Of a stretch of 64,000 nucleotides of DNA, positions 20,358 through 30,560 are shown piece after piece; positions within the stretch are counted from its first letter, which is position 1; every line of letters begins with the position of its first letter. The notes below the pieces were generated by a model. That model was given only the letters and a program-made list of their open reading frames with translations, had not been told where the DNA came from and searched no databases. A program made the position numbers and the translations under genes. The stretch comes from Spirochaetota bacterium. GTDB taxonomy: Bacteria > Spirochaetota > UBA4802 > UBA5550. Location: NCBI GenBank assembly GCA_963664815.2, contig CAXXHB010000003.1, forward strand, positions 1,664,001 through 1,728,000. The letters are read 5' to 3'.

Positions 20358-21433
20358 AATCTGGAGTTTTTGGATGGAACAGCTTCTTCGAAGAGCAGTA
20401 CCTGCGCCGGAGCGGGGCCGGGCTTGTACCTGGCAGGATAACCGGAGAATCGGGGTATATATATGATGTTGAGACTGATAATGTAAGGTTAGAAGCTCAG
20501 GTTTCGGGGCATTTTAAGTATACTGCCGCCGGTCGGGCCGATTACCCTGTTGTGGGGGACTGGGTTCTGATGAGAGGTGATTCGAATCCTCTTATGATAG
20601 AAACAGTTTTTGAAAGAAAGAGTTTTTTCTCCAGACGTGCGTCGGGTAACAGGTGCGATGAACAGGTTATTGCCGCCAATATTGACGTGATGTTTATTGT
20701 AGCATCTCTTGAAGGGGGAAGGAACTTTAATCAACGCGGTATTGAAAGGTATATTGTAATGGTGAGTGACGGCGGATCGGAGCCGGTGATAATACTTAAC
20801 AAGTGCGATTTATGTTCGGATACAGAAAAAAAAGATTTTCTGAAGCTGGCAGAGGCAGTCTCAGGGGATATCCCTGTTATTATGGTGAGTGCAGTTACAG
20901 GGGATGGTATGGATCGGTTGAAGTATTATTTAGCTCCTGGTGTAACGGCGGCGTTCACAGGTCCTTCAGGTGCTGGAAAATCGGCTCTTATCAATAATCT
21001 GCTTGGAAGGAATGTGCAGAAAACCGGAACATTAAGGGAGGATGATCTGCGCGGGAGGCATACTACAACGAACAGAGAGCTCTTTGTTCTGGATAACGGT
21101 GCGATGGTTATAGACACTCCGGGGCTTAGGGAACTGAGCCCGTACGGTGATACAGAATCTCTTGATGTTGCTTTCCCTGAAATTGCCGATGCTGCCGACG
21201 GATGCAGGTTTGGCGACTGTACTCATATTGATGAACCGGGGTGTGCGGTGGTGGATCTTGTTTCCCGAGGAGGTATTGAATATGCAAGGTATCAGAACTA
21301 TATCACAATAAGGGATGAGATGGTATCACTCGACTCACTTAAAAGTGAAAAGGGAAGAATGGAGAGAAAAGCGCGTGACAAAGCCCTTTCAAAACTTGTG
21401 AAGAATTATCGCAGGGATTTCGGGAAACAATAG
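20354..21433 (+). CDS. rsgA: Ribosome small subunit-dependent GTPase A
   Basis: Circularly permuted GTPase motifs NKCD, GPSGAGKS, GRHTTT and DTPG; Zn finger CRFGDCTHIDEPGC. Confidence 0.93.
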   Translation: MKSGVFGWNSFFEEQYLRRSGAGLVPGRITGESGYIYDVETDNVRLEAQVSGHFKYTAAGRADYPVVGDWVLMRGDSNPLMIETVFERKSFFSRRASGNRCDEQVIAANIDVMFIVASLEGGRNFNQRGIERYIVMVSDGGSEPVIILNKCDLCSDTEKKDFLKLAEAVSGDIPVIMVSAVTGDGMDRLKYYLAPGVTAAFTGPSGAGKSALINNLLGRNVQKTGTLREDDLRGRHTTTNRELFVLDNGAMVIDTPGLRELSPYGDTESLDVAFPEIADAADGCRFGDCTHIDEPGCAVVDLVSRGGIEYARYQNYITIRDEMVSLDSLKSEKGRMERKARDKALSKLVKNYRRDFGKQ

Positions 21434-21560
21434 TTGCGGCCGGGAACCTTCCATAAAGAAAAATTCCAGCCATTGATATGGTGAGGCCGGGATGGTGATA
21501 TCGGGGTCTATATTATAAGGTTTTGCATTGCTCCTGTAACCACTCGGCCTCACTCAATTT

Positions 21561-21598
21561 AAACCGGACTTGTTTCTTTGACTACAGACCGGTTTTTT
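21561..21598 (+). terminator. Rho-independent terminator
   Basis: AAACCGG ... CCGGTTTTTT downstream of rsgA. Confidence 0.55.
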
Positions 21599-21813
21599 AT
21601 ACGTGTGTCCTGTTATACTTCAGATTGTTTTTGGATGTTGATTAAAATTCTCTATAAAAGTTATGTAAAGGTCTTTTTAATAGTTAAATACGATCAGGAA
21701 ATAAAAAAAAGTTTACAGATAAATATTTATATGTATTGTTTACATCATGAAAAGATAAGATATATTCAAAAAACATTGCTTCTTAAAATCAACGCAATAG
21801 GAGTAAAAATTAA

Positions 21814-22659
21814 ATGAAAAGGTTTATTGTGGTTTCAATGATTATTGGTGCATCGGTTGTGTTCATGTCTATACCGCAGAAGTCTCATGCCGCAGATCAT
21901 ACCATAGGAATTTATACCTTCGAGGCATGGTGGGAACCGTCATTCAGAAACCAGTATACAGATTTTAACACAAAACCTGTTTTTCTTGCAGGTCCAATCT
22001 ATTCTGTCGCGCTTGAAAACGGGATTACAATTACCGGACTTGTACTTTTACCGCTTAGCGACGGGAATACAAGTTATAATGTTGAGGGGAGCAGCTCCGG
22101 CACTCCATATAATCTTCATTTTGATACGTCGATGACAAGGGCGGACTTTGATTTAACTGTATCATATAAATTTATTCAAAATTTAAGCGGATTCTTGGGT
22201 TTTAAAGCAATACTGAATTGTTTAAACGATAGTGATGACACTGAACTAACAGTCAAAGATACATTGGGTAATTATTCTGTGAGCAGCGGCAGTGAGTGGG
22301 ACGATAAGATAAGTTTCGGGTATGGTCCCGCGGTGGGTGCAACCTACACTATACCGCTGAATGATTTTCTTTTTATCAGCGCCGGAACATCTCTGTTGTA
22401 TTCAAGGTTTTATGTTGAAGACCTTGAAATTGCAGTTACAGGAACAGCTATTGCGGAGGGGAAGGAGGTAAAATATAACTATAACGCATTTGGTAACAAT
22501 TCAACTCTCAACTTTACATGCTATATTGATTCACTGAGCACTTCAATTATCCTCGGTGGAAGGTTTCAGGTGTTAAAGTATATAGCAGCTGATAATGGTC
22601 CTGATCTTGCAAATGATTACTTTTATGGCTTCACTATAAGTGCATTGTATCATATATGA
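21814..22659 (+). CDS. Hypothetical exported protein, probable outer-membrane beta-barrel
   Basis: AGGAG RBS, signal peptide (SHA/A), alternating aromatic/Gly strands and a terminal strand YGFTISALYHI. Confidence 0.65.
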   Translation: MKRFIVVSMIIGASVVFMSIPQKSHAADHTIGIYTFEAWWEPSFRNQYTDFNTKPVFLAGPIYSVALENGITITGLVLLPLSDGNTSYNVEGSSSGTPYNLHFDTSMTRADFDLTVSYKFIQNLSGFLGFKAILNCLNDSDDTELTVKDTLGNYSVSSGSEWDDKISFGYGPAVGATYTIPLNDFLFISAGTSLLYSRFYVEDLEIAVTGTAIAEGKEVKYNYNAFGNNSTLNFTCYIDSLSTSIILGGRFQVLKYIAADNGPDLANDYFYGFTISALYHI

Positions 22660-22892
22660 GTATATCAGAATCTGTCTGATAAACGGAGAATTAAAAAAAT
22701 AATTATTCAGGTTTAAACTGGAAGAGGTCAACCCCGGATGTTATTTTTTTTAACTGCCGGCGGAAGACCTTTTAATAAAATCTACGGGAAGATGCAGTTA
22801 ATCTGTTATTATGCATCAGGCATTTGTACGGTTATCAGCATCTGCTTCAGCCAATCAATATTGACATTGTTGTACTTTTTAATTTCGTTCCT

Positions 22893-24563
22893 CTATTTAT
22901 TCAGTTCTTCTCTCAGTATTTTACGCATGATTTTCCCTGTTGCACTTTTCGGAAGAACGTCTCGAAATTCAATCTGACGCGGATACTTGTAAACCGACAT
23001 CTGGTCTTTAGCCCAGTCTATAATCTCCTGAGCGGTAATTTTACCCTTCCACTCCTCTTTCAGTATTATGTAGGCTTTCACATCCTCTCCGCGGTATTCA
23101 TCCGGTACCCCTATTACACAACATTCACCTATCGCCTCGTGCTGGTAGAGGTACTTTTCCACTTCGGCCGGGAATACACTGTACCCGGAAGCCTTTATCA
23201 TCTCCTTGGTTCTTCCAACAATAAAGATGTATCCGTCTTCATCCATTATGATAACATCCCCCGTGGCGAGCCAACCCTCATCCCTGAAACTTTCTGCCTG
23301 AGCCTCTGGTCCCTGCTTCCAGTATTCGCGTGCAATTGAAGGTCCTCTCATCCACATTTCACCTTCCTGACCGCGGGGAACATTCTTTGTCGGCTCAACT
23401 AGGTCGGCTACGCGGACATCAAAGCCGCGGACAACAATTCCGCAGCTTCCGGCTTTTACATGGCCTGTGGGGCTTACTAATGGGGCTGATGCGGTTTCAC
23501 TCATTCCCCATCCGTCTATCAGGTCAAGTCCAAAAACATCCTTATAACGTTTAATTAATTCGGCCGGTACCGGCGCTCCCCCTGTTCCTATTGCTTCATA
23601 TGATGAGAGATCGTATTTTTTAAGATTCGGGTGGTTGATTACTGCTATATTCATTGTTGTAATTGCTACCCAGCATGTTATCCTGTAGAGTTCAGATCCT
23701 TTCAGAAAAACTTCTGTGTCAAATCGTGTAAAAAGCACTATAGTCGCACCCAGGAAGACAGGGCCGTTCATGTTGTTCTGCATGCCGGTAATGTGAAAGA
23801 TCGGCACAACCGCTCCATATACACTTTCTGAATGACCTCCAAGGAGTATTGGGAGCTGTATGGCGTTAACAAGTATATTGCGGTGTGTGAGCATCGCTCC
23901 CTTGGGTACTCCGGTTGTTCCTGATGTGTACTGAAGGCAGGCAAGATCTTTATCGAGATCAATTGTTTCGTACTTTTCTATCGGTTCATTTTTTATGAAA
24001 TCCTTCCAGTTTATGGACCCTGTATAGTCGAGTCCTTCAACCGTCATTCCTGCAGGGACTGGAATCTCCGGCGAGGAAGGGAGGTATTCCGCAAGTGATG
24101 TGACCACTACAGATTCAACTTTAACCTGGTTGCGGATTTCATTGAAAATCGGGTAGTTATCCTCTTCAATTATTGCAACTTTTGCTCCGCAGTCATTGAG
24201 GATATAACTCATCTCACCTTTCTTGAACATAGGGCTTCCGCCGATGATTACACCACCAACTGCCATGGACGCATAATATGATATTATAAACTGTGGGCTG
24301 TTCTGCATCCCCAGGTATACTCTGTCCCCTTTATGTACCCCGAGTTTCTTTAAACCCCCGGCAGCGTGAAGTACAAGATTCTCCAGTTCCCTATAGCTGA
24401 TCCTTGTCCCGTAAAAGATGATGGCCGTTTTATCCGGATGACGAAGAGCATTTGAATGGAGATGCCATACTATCGGCATGCTGCCATGCTCAAAATATTT
24501 CGGCCATGATTCCGGCCATACTCCTTCTTTTTCCCAGTTTCTTGTTTCCGGCTGGTATTTCAT
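22893..24563 (-). CDS. Long-chain-fatty-acid--CoA ligase / AMP-binding enzyme
   Basis: QYTSGTTGVPKG, DGWGMSE, GWLATGD, GRTKEMIK and LPKSATGKI motifs. Confidence 0.9.
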   Translation of the reverse strand: MKYQPETRNWEKEGVWPESWPKYFEHGSMPIVWHLHSNALRHPDKTAIIFYGTRISYRELENLVLHAAGGLKKLGVHKGDRVYLGMQNSPQFIISYYASMAVGGVIIGGSPMFKKGEMSYILNDCGAKVAIIEEDNYPIFNEIRNQVKVESVVVTSLAEYLPSSPEIPVPAGMTVEGLDYTGSINWKDFIKNEPIEKYETIDLDKDLACLQYTSGTTGVPKGAMLTHRNILVNAIQLPILLGGHSESVYGAVVPIFHITGMQNNMNGPVFLGATIVLFTRFDTEVFLKGSELYRITCWVAITTMNIAVINHPNLKKYDLSSYEAIGTGGAPVPAELIKRYKDVFGLDLIDGWGMSETASAPLVSPTGHVKAGSCGIVVRGFDVRVADLVEPTKNVPRGQEGEMWMRGPSIAREYWKQGPEAQAESFRDEGWLATGDVIIMDEDGYIFIVGRTKEMIKASGYSVFPAEVEKYLYQHEAIGECCVIGVPDEYRGEDVKAYIILKEEWKGKITAQEIIDWAKDQMSVYKYPRQIEFRDVLPKSATGKIMRKILREELNK

Positions 24564-25032
24564 TTCACTACCCCCTCACATTATATCTTTTGTCTTAAAA
24601 AAACTTTAGAAAAGGGCTGCGGTCAACTGTGAAAAGGAAGATGCAATATGCATTTTGGGTAATAACAGGCTTCACAGAGAACGAGCACAGCTGAATTAAG
24701 CAATTAATTTATATAAAGTACGGTGTTGTTATATGCCGGTTATTGATTTCAACAAAAAAGTCCTGAATGAATATGGTTTGCAGTAAGAACAATGATAATA
24801 ATAAAGTTATTATAAAAATAATCAATGAATAATCAAGTAGTAATTTAAAAATAGTATTTAAAAAATAGATAACCTAATAAAATAAAAACAGAATAATATT
24901 AAATGTGTTGAATCATAATATAAAGAATAGCGTCGGTATAAAAATTAAATATACCGTGAATTTAATAATAAACAGAATAACAGGATATTATTATGTAATG
25001 TATATGCAAAAGGATTTAAAACAATTTTTTGC

Positions 25033-25062
25033 TTGCACTTCCAGTGTGCAAAAATATATACT
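25033..25062 (+). promoter_or_regulatory. Promoter with an overlapping inverted repeat
   Basis: TTGCAC-N18-TATACT. The dyad TTGCAC-N7-GTGCAA (25033-25051) covers the -35 hexamer. Confidence 0.45.
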
Positions 25063-25068
25063 TGTCAT

Positions 25069-26214
25069 ATGATTAGTATTCATAAAAAACCTGATACAAT
25101 TGAAAAACTTGAGATTCTATCACAGGATTCCCAATATGACCTTGCATGCGCCTGCGGCACCAGGAATCCCGATGAACATAGAAAACGTTCAATTGACAAC
25201 AAGTGGATATACCCTGTTGCTCTGCCAGATGGAAGGCGGACTTTCCTGTTTAAGACGCTTGTTTCGAACAGCTGTATAAATGATTGCAGGTATTGCCCGC
25301 TGCGTGCAGGTGCTGACAGCCGCAGGTGTACTCTTACTAATGAGGAAATTGTAAATGCTTTTCTTCACTATTACAGGACGGGTATAGTATCCGGTCTTTT
25401 TCTTACAAGCGGTGTAACAGGGAATCCGGACAGAACAATGGAAAAAATCAACAGCGTTGCTGCCATTCTTCGTAAAAGAGAGGAGTTTAAGGGATATATG
25501 CACCTGAAGGTAATACCCGGTGCCTCGGATGCGGCAATAGAGGAGACTATTTCGTTTGCCAGTGCAGTCTCGGTAAACATAGAGACCCCCGGTGAAAAAA
25601 ATTTTAAATTACTGACTAAGGGCAAGGATTATATGAAAGATATAATCAGGCCAATCAAACTGATAAGCAAACTCACTGCAAGGGGTGAGCGGTATGGTCG
25701 GGTGAAGCAGACAACCCAGTTTGTTGTCGGTGCGTCAGGTGAATCTGACAGTGAGATTGTGAAATACACATGGGGTCTTTACCGTCGGCTTAATCTGTCA
25801 CGTATATATTTCAGCGCGTACCAGCGCGGGTCAGGTGACAGAGATCTTCCTGGTGAGCAATCAAGTGTGACAAATGACGAGATGCTTGTGCGTGAGCATC
25901 GACTTTACCAGACTGACTGGCTTTTTCGTAAATACGGTTTTAATGAGGATGAAATCCTGTTTGATGATAAGGGTAATCTCAGTCTTAAGAGCGATCCGAA
26001 AGAGGTATGGGCAAATAATCACCCGGAGTTCTTTCCTCTTAATATCAATAAGGCCGACTTGATGGAACTGCTCCGTGTGCCGGGATTAGGTCATGTGACT
26101 GTTGATATTATTGCGAAAGCAAGGAGGGAGGGGAGGATAAGATCTCTCGATGATCTTGGAAAAGTCGGCAGACGTCTTGGCAAGGCTGGTAAATATATTG
26201 AATTCGGTTTATGA
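25069..26214 (+). CDS. Putative DNA modification/repair radical SAM protein with C-terminal helix-hairpin-helix
   Basis: CINDCRYC radical SAM motif, GLFLTSG, YMHLK, REHRLYQTDWL..YGF and LNINKA..LLRVPGLG (HhH). Confidence 0.88.
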   Translation: MISIHKKPDTIEKLEILSQDSQYDLACACGTRNPDEHRKRSIDNKWIYPVALPDGRRTFLFKTLVSNSCINDCRYCPLRAGADSRRCTLTNEEIVNAFLHYYRTGIVSGLFLTSGVTGNPDRTMEKINSVAAILRKREEFKGYMHLKVIPGASDAAIEETISFASAVSVNIETPGEKNFKLLTKGKDYMKDIIRPIKLISKLTARGERYGRVKQTTQFVVGASGESDSEIVKYTWGLYRRLNLSRIYFSAYQRGSGDRDLPGEQSSVTNDEMLVREHRLYQTDWLFRKYGFNEDEILFDDKGNLSLKSDPKEVWANNHPEFFPLNINKADLMELLRVPGLGHVTVDIIAKARREGRIRSLDDLGKVGRRLGKAGKYIEFGL

Positions 26215-26753
26215 AATCCGGTTCATATTACTATTTTTTTCAGGAGAATTTTTTCATGAATGATTATACATTCTGTCCAGTATGCGGTAATAAGCTTGAG
26301 AATGGAGCAGTTGAAGGTAAGGAGCGTTTGCAATGTTCGTCTGACAGATGTGAATATGTTTACTGGGACAATCCGGTTCCGGTGGTTGCCGGAATTGTTG
26401 AGTATGAAGGGAGAATATTACTGTCCAGAAATAGAAACTGGCCTGAAAAAAGGTTTGCACTGACAACGGGATTCCTTGAAAAAGATGAAACTCCCGAGGA
26501 AGGTATTATACGTGAAATAAAGGAGGAGCTGGATCTTGATGCTGAGATAATAGATTTTATAGGATTGTATTCTTTTTCTATGATGAATCAGCTTCTGATT
26601 GTATATTTTGTGAGTGCAAAAGGGAGTATTACACTGAACGATGAAATTGCTGAAGTAAAACATGTTCCATTTGAGGAAGTGAAGGCGTGGCCCATTGGAA
26701 CCGGCCCGGCAGTGAGTGACTGGATAGATAAATATGTAAAGAGAGAGGAATAA
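26211..26753 (+). CDS. NUDIX hydrolase with N-terminal zinc ribbon
   Basis: FCPVCG..CSSDRC zinc ribbon and Nudix box GFLEKDETPEEGIIREIKEELDL. The start may be ATG 26256. Confidence 0.9.
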   Translation: MKSGSYYYFFQENFFMNDYTFCPVCGNKLENGAVEGKERLQCSSDRCEYVYWDNPVPVVAGIVEYEGRILLSRNRNWPEKRFALTTGFLEKDETPEEGIIREIKEELDLDAEIIDFIGLYSFSMMNQLLIVYFVSAKGSITLNDEIAEVKHVPFEEVKAWPIGTGPAVSDWIDKYVKREE

Positions 26754-26863
26754 ATTAATTTTAGACAATAAACATACAGTCGGAAATAATATTGTTTTAT
26801 TTGACATTTTCCCCGCATTATTAAATCATTAATATATCATAATTGTACACGGCAGGTCGAAGC

Positions 26864-29419
26864 ATGAAGAAACGTTTACTAAAACTGGCCGGCCCTGCAG
26901 CTGGATTAGCAGTTTTAATAATAGCGCTTGTATTTCTTTTCAGAGAGCTGAAAAGCTATCATATTAATGAAATAATCTCAAGGTTGAAGGTATTTCCTGC
27001 CGGAAAAATAACAGCCGGTTTTTCTCTGACAATTCTTTCATACTTTATCATGACATTTTATGACCGGCTTGCGCTGGTATACATAAAGCGAAAACTGCCT
27101 GGATTGAAGGTGACATTTACTTCGCTTGTTGCGTATATTTTCAGTAATAATATCGGTCTGTCAGTTCTGAGCAGCGGTGCAGTCCGTTTCAGATTTTATG
27201 GTATGCTTGGATTATCTTCACTTGAAATTGTGAAGATAATTGCTTTCAATGCTTTCACATTCTGGATCGGAATAATTACTGCATCCGGAATAATGTTTAT
27301 TTCAGAACCTGTCAGTCTCCCTTCAATTCTAAAATTCCCTTTTGAATCTGTAAAGCCGGTCGGTTTTATAATGATTTCAATAGTTGCAGCTTATCTGGTT
27401 GCCGCATTTTTATATAAGAAGAGCATAACATTTAAAGATATTGAGATTGAGTCTCCCGGTAAATGTATTGCCATTGGGCAGGTTCTCATTTCAACAGCGG
27501 ACTGGATGGCTGCCGGTACGGTGTTTTATATCCTGCTTCCGCCAGGTAACGGAATCAGTTATCCTTTTGTTATCAGCATATTCATGCTCGCTCAGACTGC
27601 CGGTCTGATAAGCCATGTCCCCGGCGGTATCGGTGTATTTGAAACTGTTGTACTGATGATGCTTTCCGGGGTCGTGCCAGCTGCTGATATTTTCACGTCT
27701 CTCCTTTTTTACAGGATTGTTTATTATATAATTCCATTTGTTGCCGGAATTCTTCTTTTTATTGCAGGGGAGATGTGGATCCGAAGACCCGCCGCAGGGG
27801 GAGCTGTAATTTCTTTTGGCAGATGGTTGCCGCGAGTATTCCCCAGTCTGATGGCTATTCTGATTTTTATAAATGGGGTTCTGCTGCTTGTTTCCGCCGC
27901 GCTTCCTAACATCGAATCGAGGATGCACAGGCTTGGTATGATTCTGCCGATAAATGTAATTGAGGCATCTCACTTCCTTTCGGCACTGGCAGGTACCGCA
28001 TTACTTTTTCTGGCTGACAGAATACAGAAAAGGGTTGATGCTGCATATTATATAACATTGATTCTTCTTGTATCCGGCGCGGCATTTATGTTTCTGGGTG
28101 GACTAAATTATGAAGAGGCGCTTTTTCTGCTTCTTTCAATTGCTGCTTTTATACCATCCAGAAAATCTTTCAAGAGGAAGACACCGCTCTTATCGATTGG
28201 ATATTCACAGGTATGGGGCTTTGCAGTTTTAATGGTGCTTGCACTGTTTACATGGACAGGTTTATTCGCTTACAAGCATATTGAATACACTCACAGCCTC
28301 TGGTTAAAATTTGAACTGCTTAATGATGCATCAAGATTTATGCGTGCAGGAATTGGTATTGCATCATCTGGAATTCTTCTTGCAGTGTATATTCTCACAA
28401 GGCCTGTGCGGGAGGGCATAATGCCTCCTTCAGCAGAAGAACTCGAAAATGCAAAAAGAATAACCATGGCCTCTGAAAATCCAGACGGGAACATGGTATT
28501 GCTTGGCGACAAGTATATTCTTTTCAGCAGAGACAGTGATGCTTTTATAATGTATGGTGTGCAGGGTAGCAGCAGGATTGTGCTGGGCGATCCGGTAGGA
28601 GCTGTAGATGGATCAACGGAACTGATATGGAACTTTTGCGAGCAATGCGGGGAGGATGGGGCTAATCCGGTATTTTTCGATGTCAGCACGAGATTTCTTC
28701 CCGTTTATATTGAACTTGGAATGAGCATACTTAAAATTGGAGAAAAAGCCAGAGTGAAACTCTGCGAATTTTCAATTGACGGGTATGATAACAGGGGTCT
28801 CCGTCATGCATATAACAGGACTAAAAAAGAAGGGTATGAATTCGAAATAATTCCTGCCGATTCCCTTTCATCTGTGATTGATGAGATCCATGAAGTCTCG
28901 GATTCATGGCTTTCACTGAAAAAGACGAGGGAGAAGAGCTTTTCAATAGGATTCTTTAATAAAAGTTATCTGTCTAATTTTCCCTGTGCAGTTGTAAAGC
29001 AAGAGGGGAAAATAGTTGCTTTTTCAAATCTGATGTTCACTTCGTTAAAAAAAGAATTTACAATTGACCTGATGCGGCATGACGCGAAAACCCCGAACGG
29101 GATAATGGATTTCATGTTTACAAATATAATGCTCTGGGGAAAAAACGAAGGTTATGAGTATTTTAATCTTGGAGTTGCGCCGCTTTCAGGGATAAAGAAG
29201 AGTCCGGCAGCGCCGTTATGGAACAGGGTTGCATCACTGGTTTTTGGTCATGGTGAGATGTTCTATAATTTCAAGGGTCTCGCCGCATATAAAAGAAAAT
29301 TTCATCCTGAATGGGAGCCTGTACACATTGTGTATTCGAAGCCGCTTTCACTGCCGGGTATTCTTGCTGATATCGCAAAAGTATCAAGTGGAGGTATCAG
29401 GGGAATAATCAGCAAATGA
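26864..29419 (+). CDS. mprF: Bifunctional aminoacyl-phosphatidylglycerol flippase/synthetase MprF
   Basis: About 14 TM helices with HVPGGIGVFE, then a DUF2156 catalytic domain (LGDPVG, DLMRH, PNGIMD, FYNFKGL..YKRKFHPEW). Confidence 0.92.
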   Translation: MKKRLLKLAGPAAGLAVLIIALVFLFRELKSYHINEIISRLKVFPAGKITAGFSLTILSYFIMTFYDRLALVYIKRKLPGLKVTFTSLVAYIFSNNIGLSVLSSGAVRFRFYGMLGLSSLEIVKIIAFNAFTFWIGIITASGIMFISEPVSLPSILKFPFESVKPVGFIMISIVAAYLVAAFLYKKSITFKDIEIESPGKCIAIGQVLISTADWMAAGTVFYILLPPGNGISYPFVISIFMLAQTAGLISHVPGGIGVFETVVLMMLSGVVPAADIFTSLLFYRIVYYIIPFVAGILLFIAGEMWIRRPAAGGAVISFGRWLPRVFPSLMAILIFINGVLLLVSAALPNIESRMHRLGMILPINVIEASHFLSALAGTALLFLADRIQKRVDAAYYITLILLVSGAAFMFLGGLNYEEALFLLLSIAAFIPSRKSFKRKTPLLSIGYSQVWGFAVLMVLALFTWTGLFAYKHIEYTHSLWLKFELLNDASRFMRAGIGIASSGILLAVYILTRPVREGIMPPSAEELENAKRITMASENPDGNMVLLGDKYILFSRDSDAFIMYGVQGSSRIVLGDPVGAVDGSTELIWNFCEQCGEDGANPVFFDVSTRFLPVYIELGMSILKIGEKARVKLCEFSIDGYDNRGLRHAYNRTKKEGYEFEIIPADSLSSVIDEIHEVSDSWLSLKKTREKSFSIGFFNKSYLSNFPCAVVKQEGKIVAFSNLMFTSLKKEFTIDLMRHDAKTPNGIMDFMFTNIMLWGKNEGYEYFNLGVAPLSGIKKSPAAPLWNRVASLVFGHGEMFYNFKGLAAYKRKFHPEWEPVHIVYSKPLSLPGILADIAKVSSGGIRGIISK

Positions 29420-29478
29420 AGCTCTATGAAACTTCCGGTAAAAAGTTTTATGTTTATAAGATGAAAAATAATTATTGT

Positions 29479-30480
29479 TCAGAAATGCAGACCACTATAT
29501 AATTCTGTTGTATATGTATTTGTAAGTATCCTGATACCTGAATAATTCGCTATACTGTCAAACACGAATGTTAATCCATAGAAAAAACTGCTTCCATTAT
29601 AACCGATTGAACTTTTAGCATTAATTCTGTAAAATCCGTCATTATCTGTTTTAGTGCCATCAAAAGTCTGATATGTGCGGAGCATATAACCGCTTCCGAA
29701 ATATGAAACAGCTGTGAAAAGATAATCTTTATAAGGATATGTTATTCCGAATCCGGCTCCTGCGGCAATACCTTTAAAGACACCGCTTTTTAAACCGGCG
29801 TTACTGCCGAAAGCAGTTTCATCTTGTTCAGGTATTAATGAAAAATCACTATTGAGTGATTGATATACCGATGATAGAATTGCTATTATAGTCCAGTCCC
29901 ATTCATTCTGCCTTTCGTTCTGCATGAAAGCAGCTCTTAGAGAAAAATCATCTGAAAACAAATAAAAAATAGAAGCGGAATATGTCCGTAAATGTATATC
30001 TGATCTTTTTATTTTTGAATCGTTGTCGGAATAACCATGTTCATTGCTGTTAGTTAGAGAGAACCCTTTGTAATTCATATAAACCAGATCTGCTCCGAAT
30101 TTCCTGCTGTATTCATTAAGTCTGATATCGGTATAATCTGTAATGGATTGCCCGTTGGCCGTGGGAATGTCAGTGATTTTGCTGACATATGAAAAGCCGT
30201 AATTATTATAATAAAGGCCTATACCGCCACTCAGCCTTAAATCAGGCATATATGTGATATGCGCATCCTCCTTTGCTTTTTCTTCACTCTTTGTTTCATT
30301 TCCTCCAGTGAATGGTTTGATGCTCACTAAAAAAACCGGGATCTGAAATGCAAATCTTACAGTTACCGGATCTTTAAAAGGGCTTACAATTATATTATCA
30401 TTACCTGCTGCATAGACCGGTATTGTAATCAAAGTGCAAACGAGGAAAACTATTGTTATTGCAAAGATTCTGATATTCAT
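29479..30480 (-). CDS. Exported beta-barrel-like protein (DUF4421-like)
   Basis: Signal peptide, YKGF..RSDI, FSLRAAFMQNERQ and a C-terminal Phe (YSGLHF). Confidence 0.65.
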   Translation of the reverse strand: MNIRIFAITIVFLVCTLITIPVYAAGNDNIIVSPFKDPVTVRFAFQIPVFLVSIKPFTGGNETKSEEKAKEDAHITYMPDLRLSGGIGLYYNNYGFSYVSKITDIPTANGQSITDYTDIRLNEYSRKFGADLVYMNYKGFSLTNSNEHGYSDNDSKIKRSDIHLRTYSASIFYLFSDDFSLRAAFMQNERQNEWDWTIIAILSSVYQSLNSDFSLIPEQDETAFGSNAGLKSGVFKGIAAGAGFGITYPYKDYLFTAVSYFGSGYMLRTYQTFDGTKTDNDGFYRINAKSSIGYNGSSFFYGLTFVFDSIANYSGIRILTNTYTTELYSGLHF

Positions 30481-30560
30481 AAAAGATTCAGGAGTTATAC
30501 TGCTGATTAAGATTCAGTTTCATTTTAATTTAATCCGTCTGATGAGGCAGGCCTTGGAGT

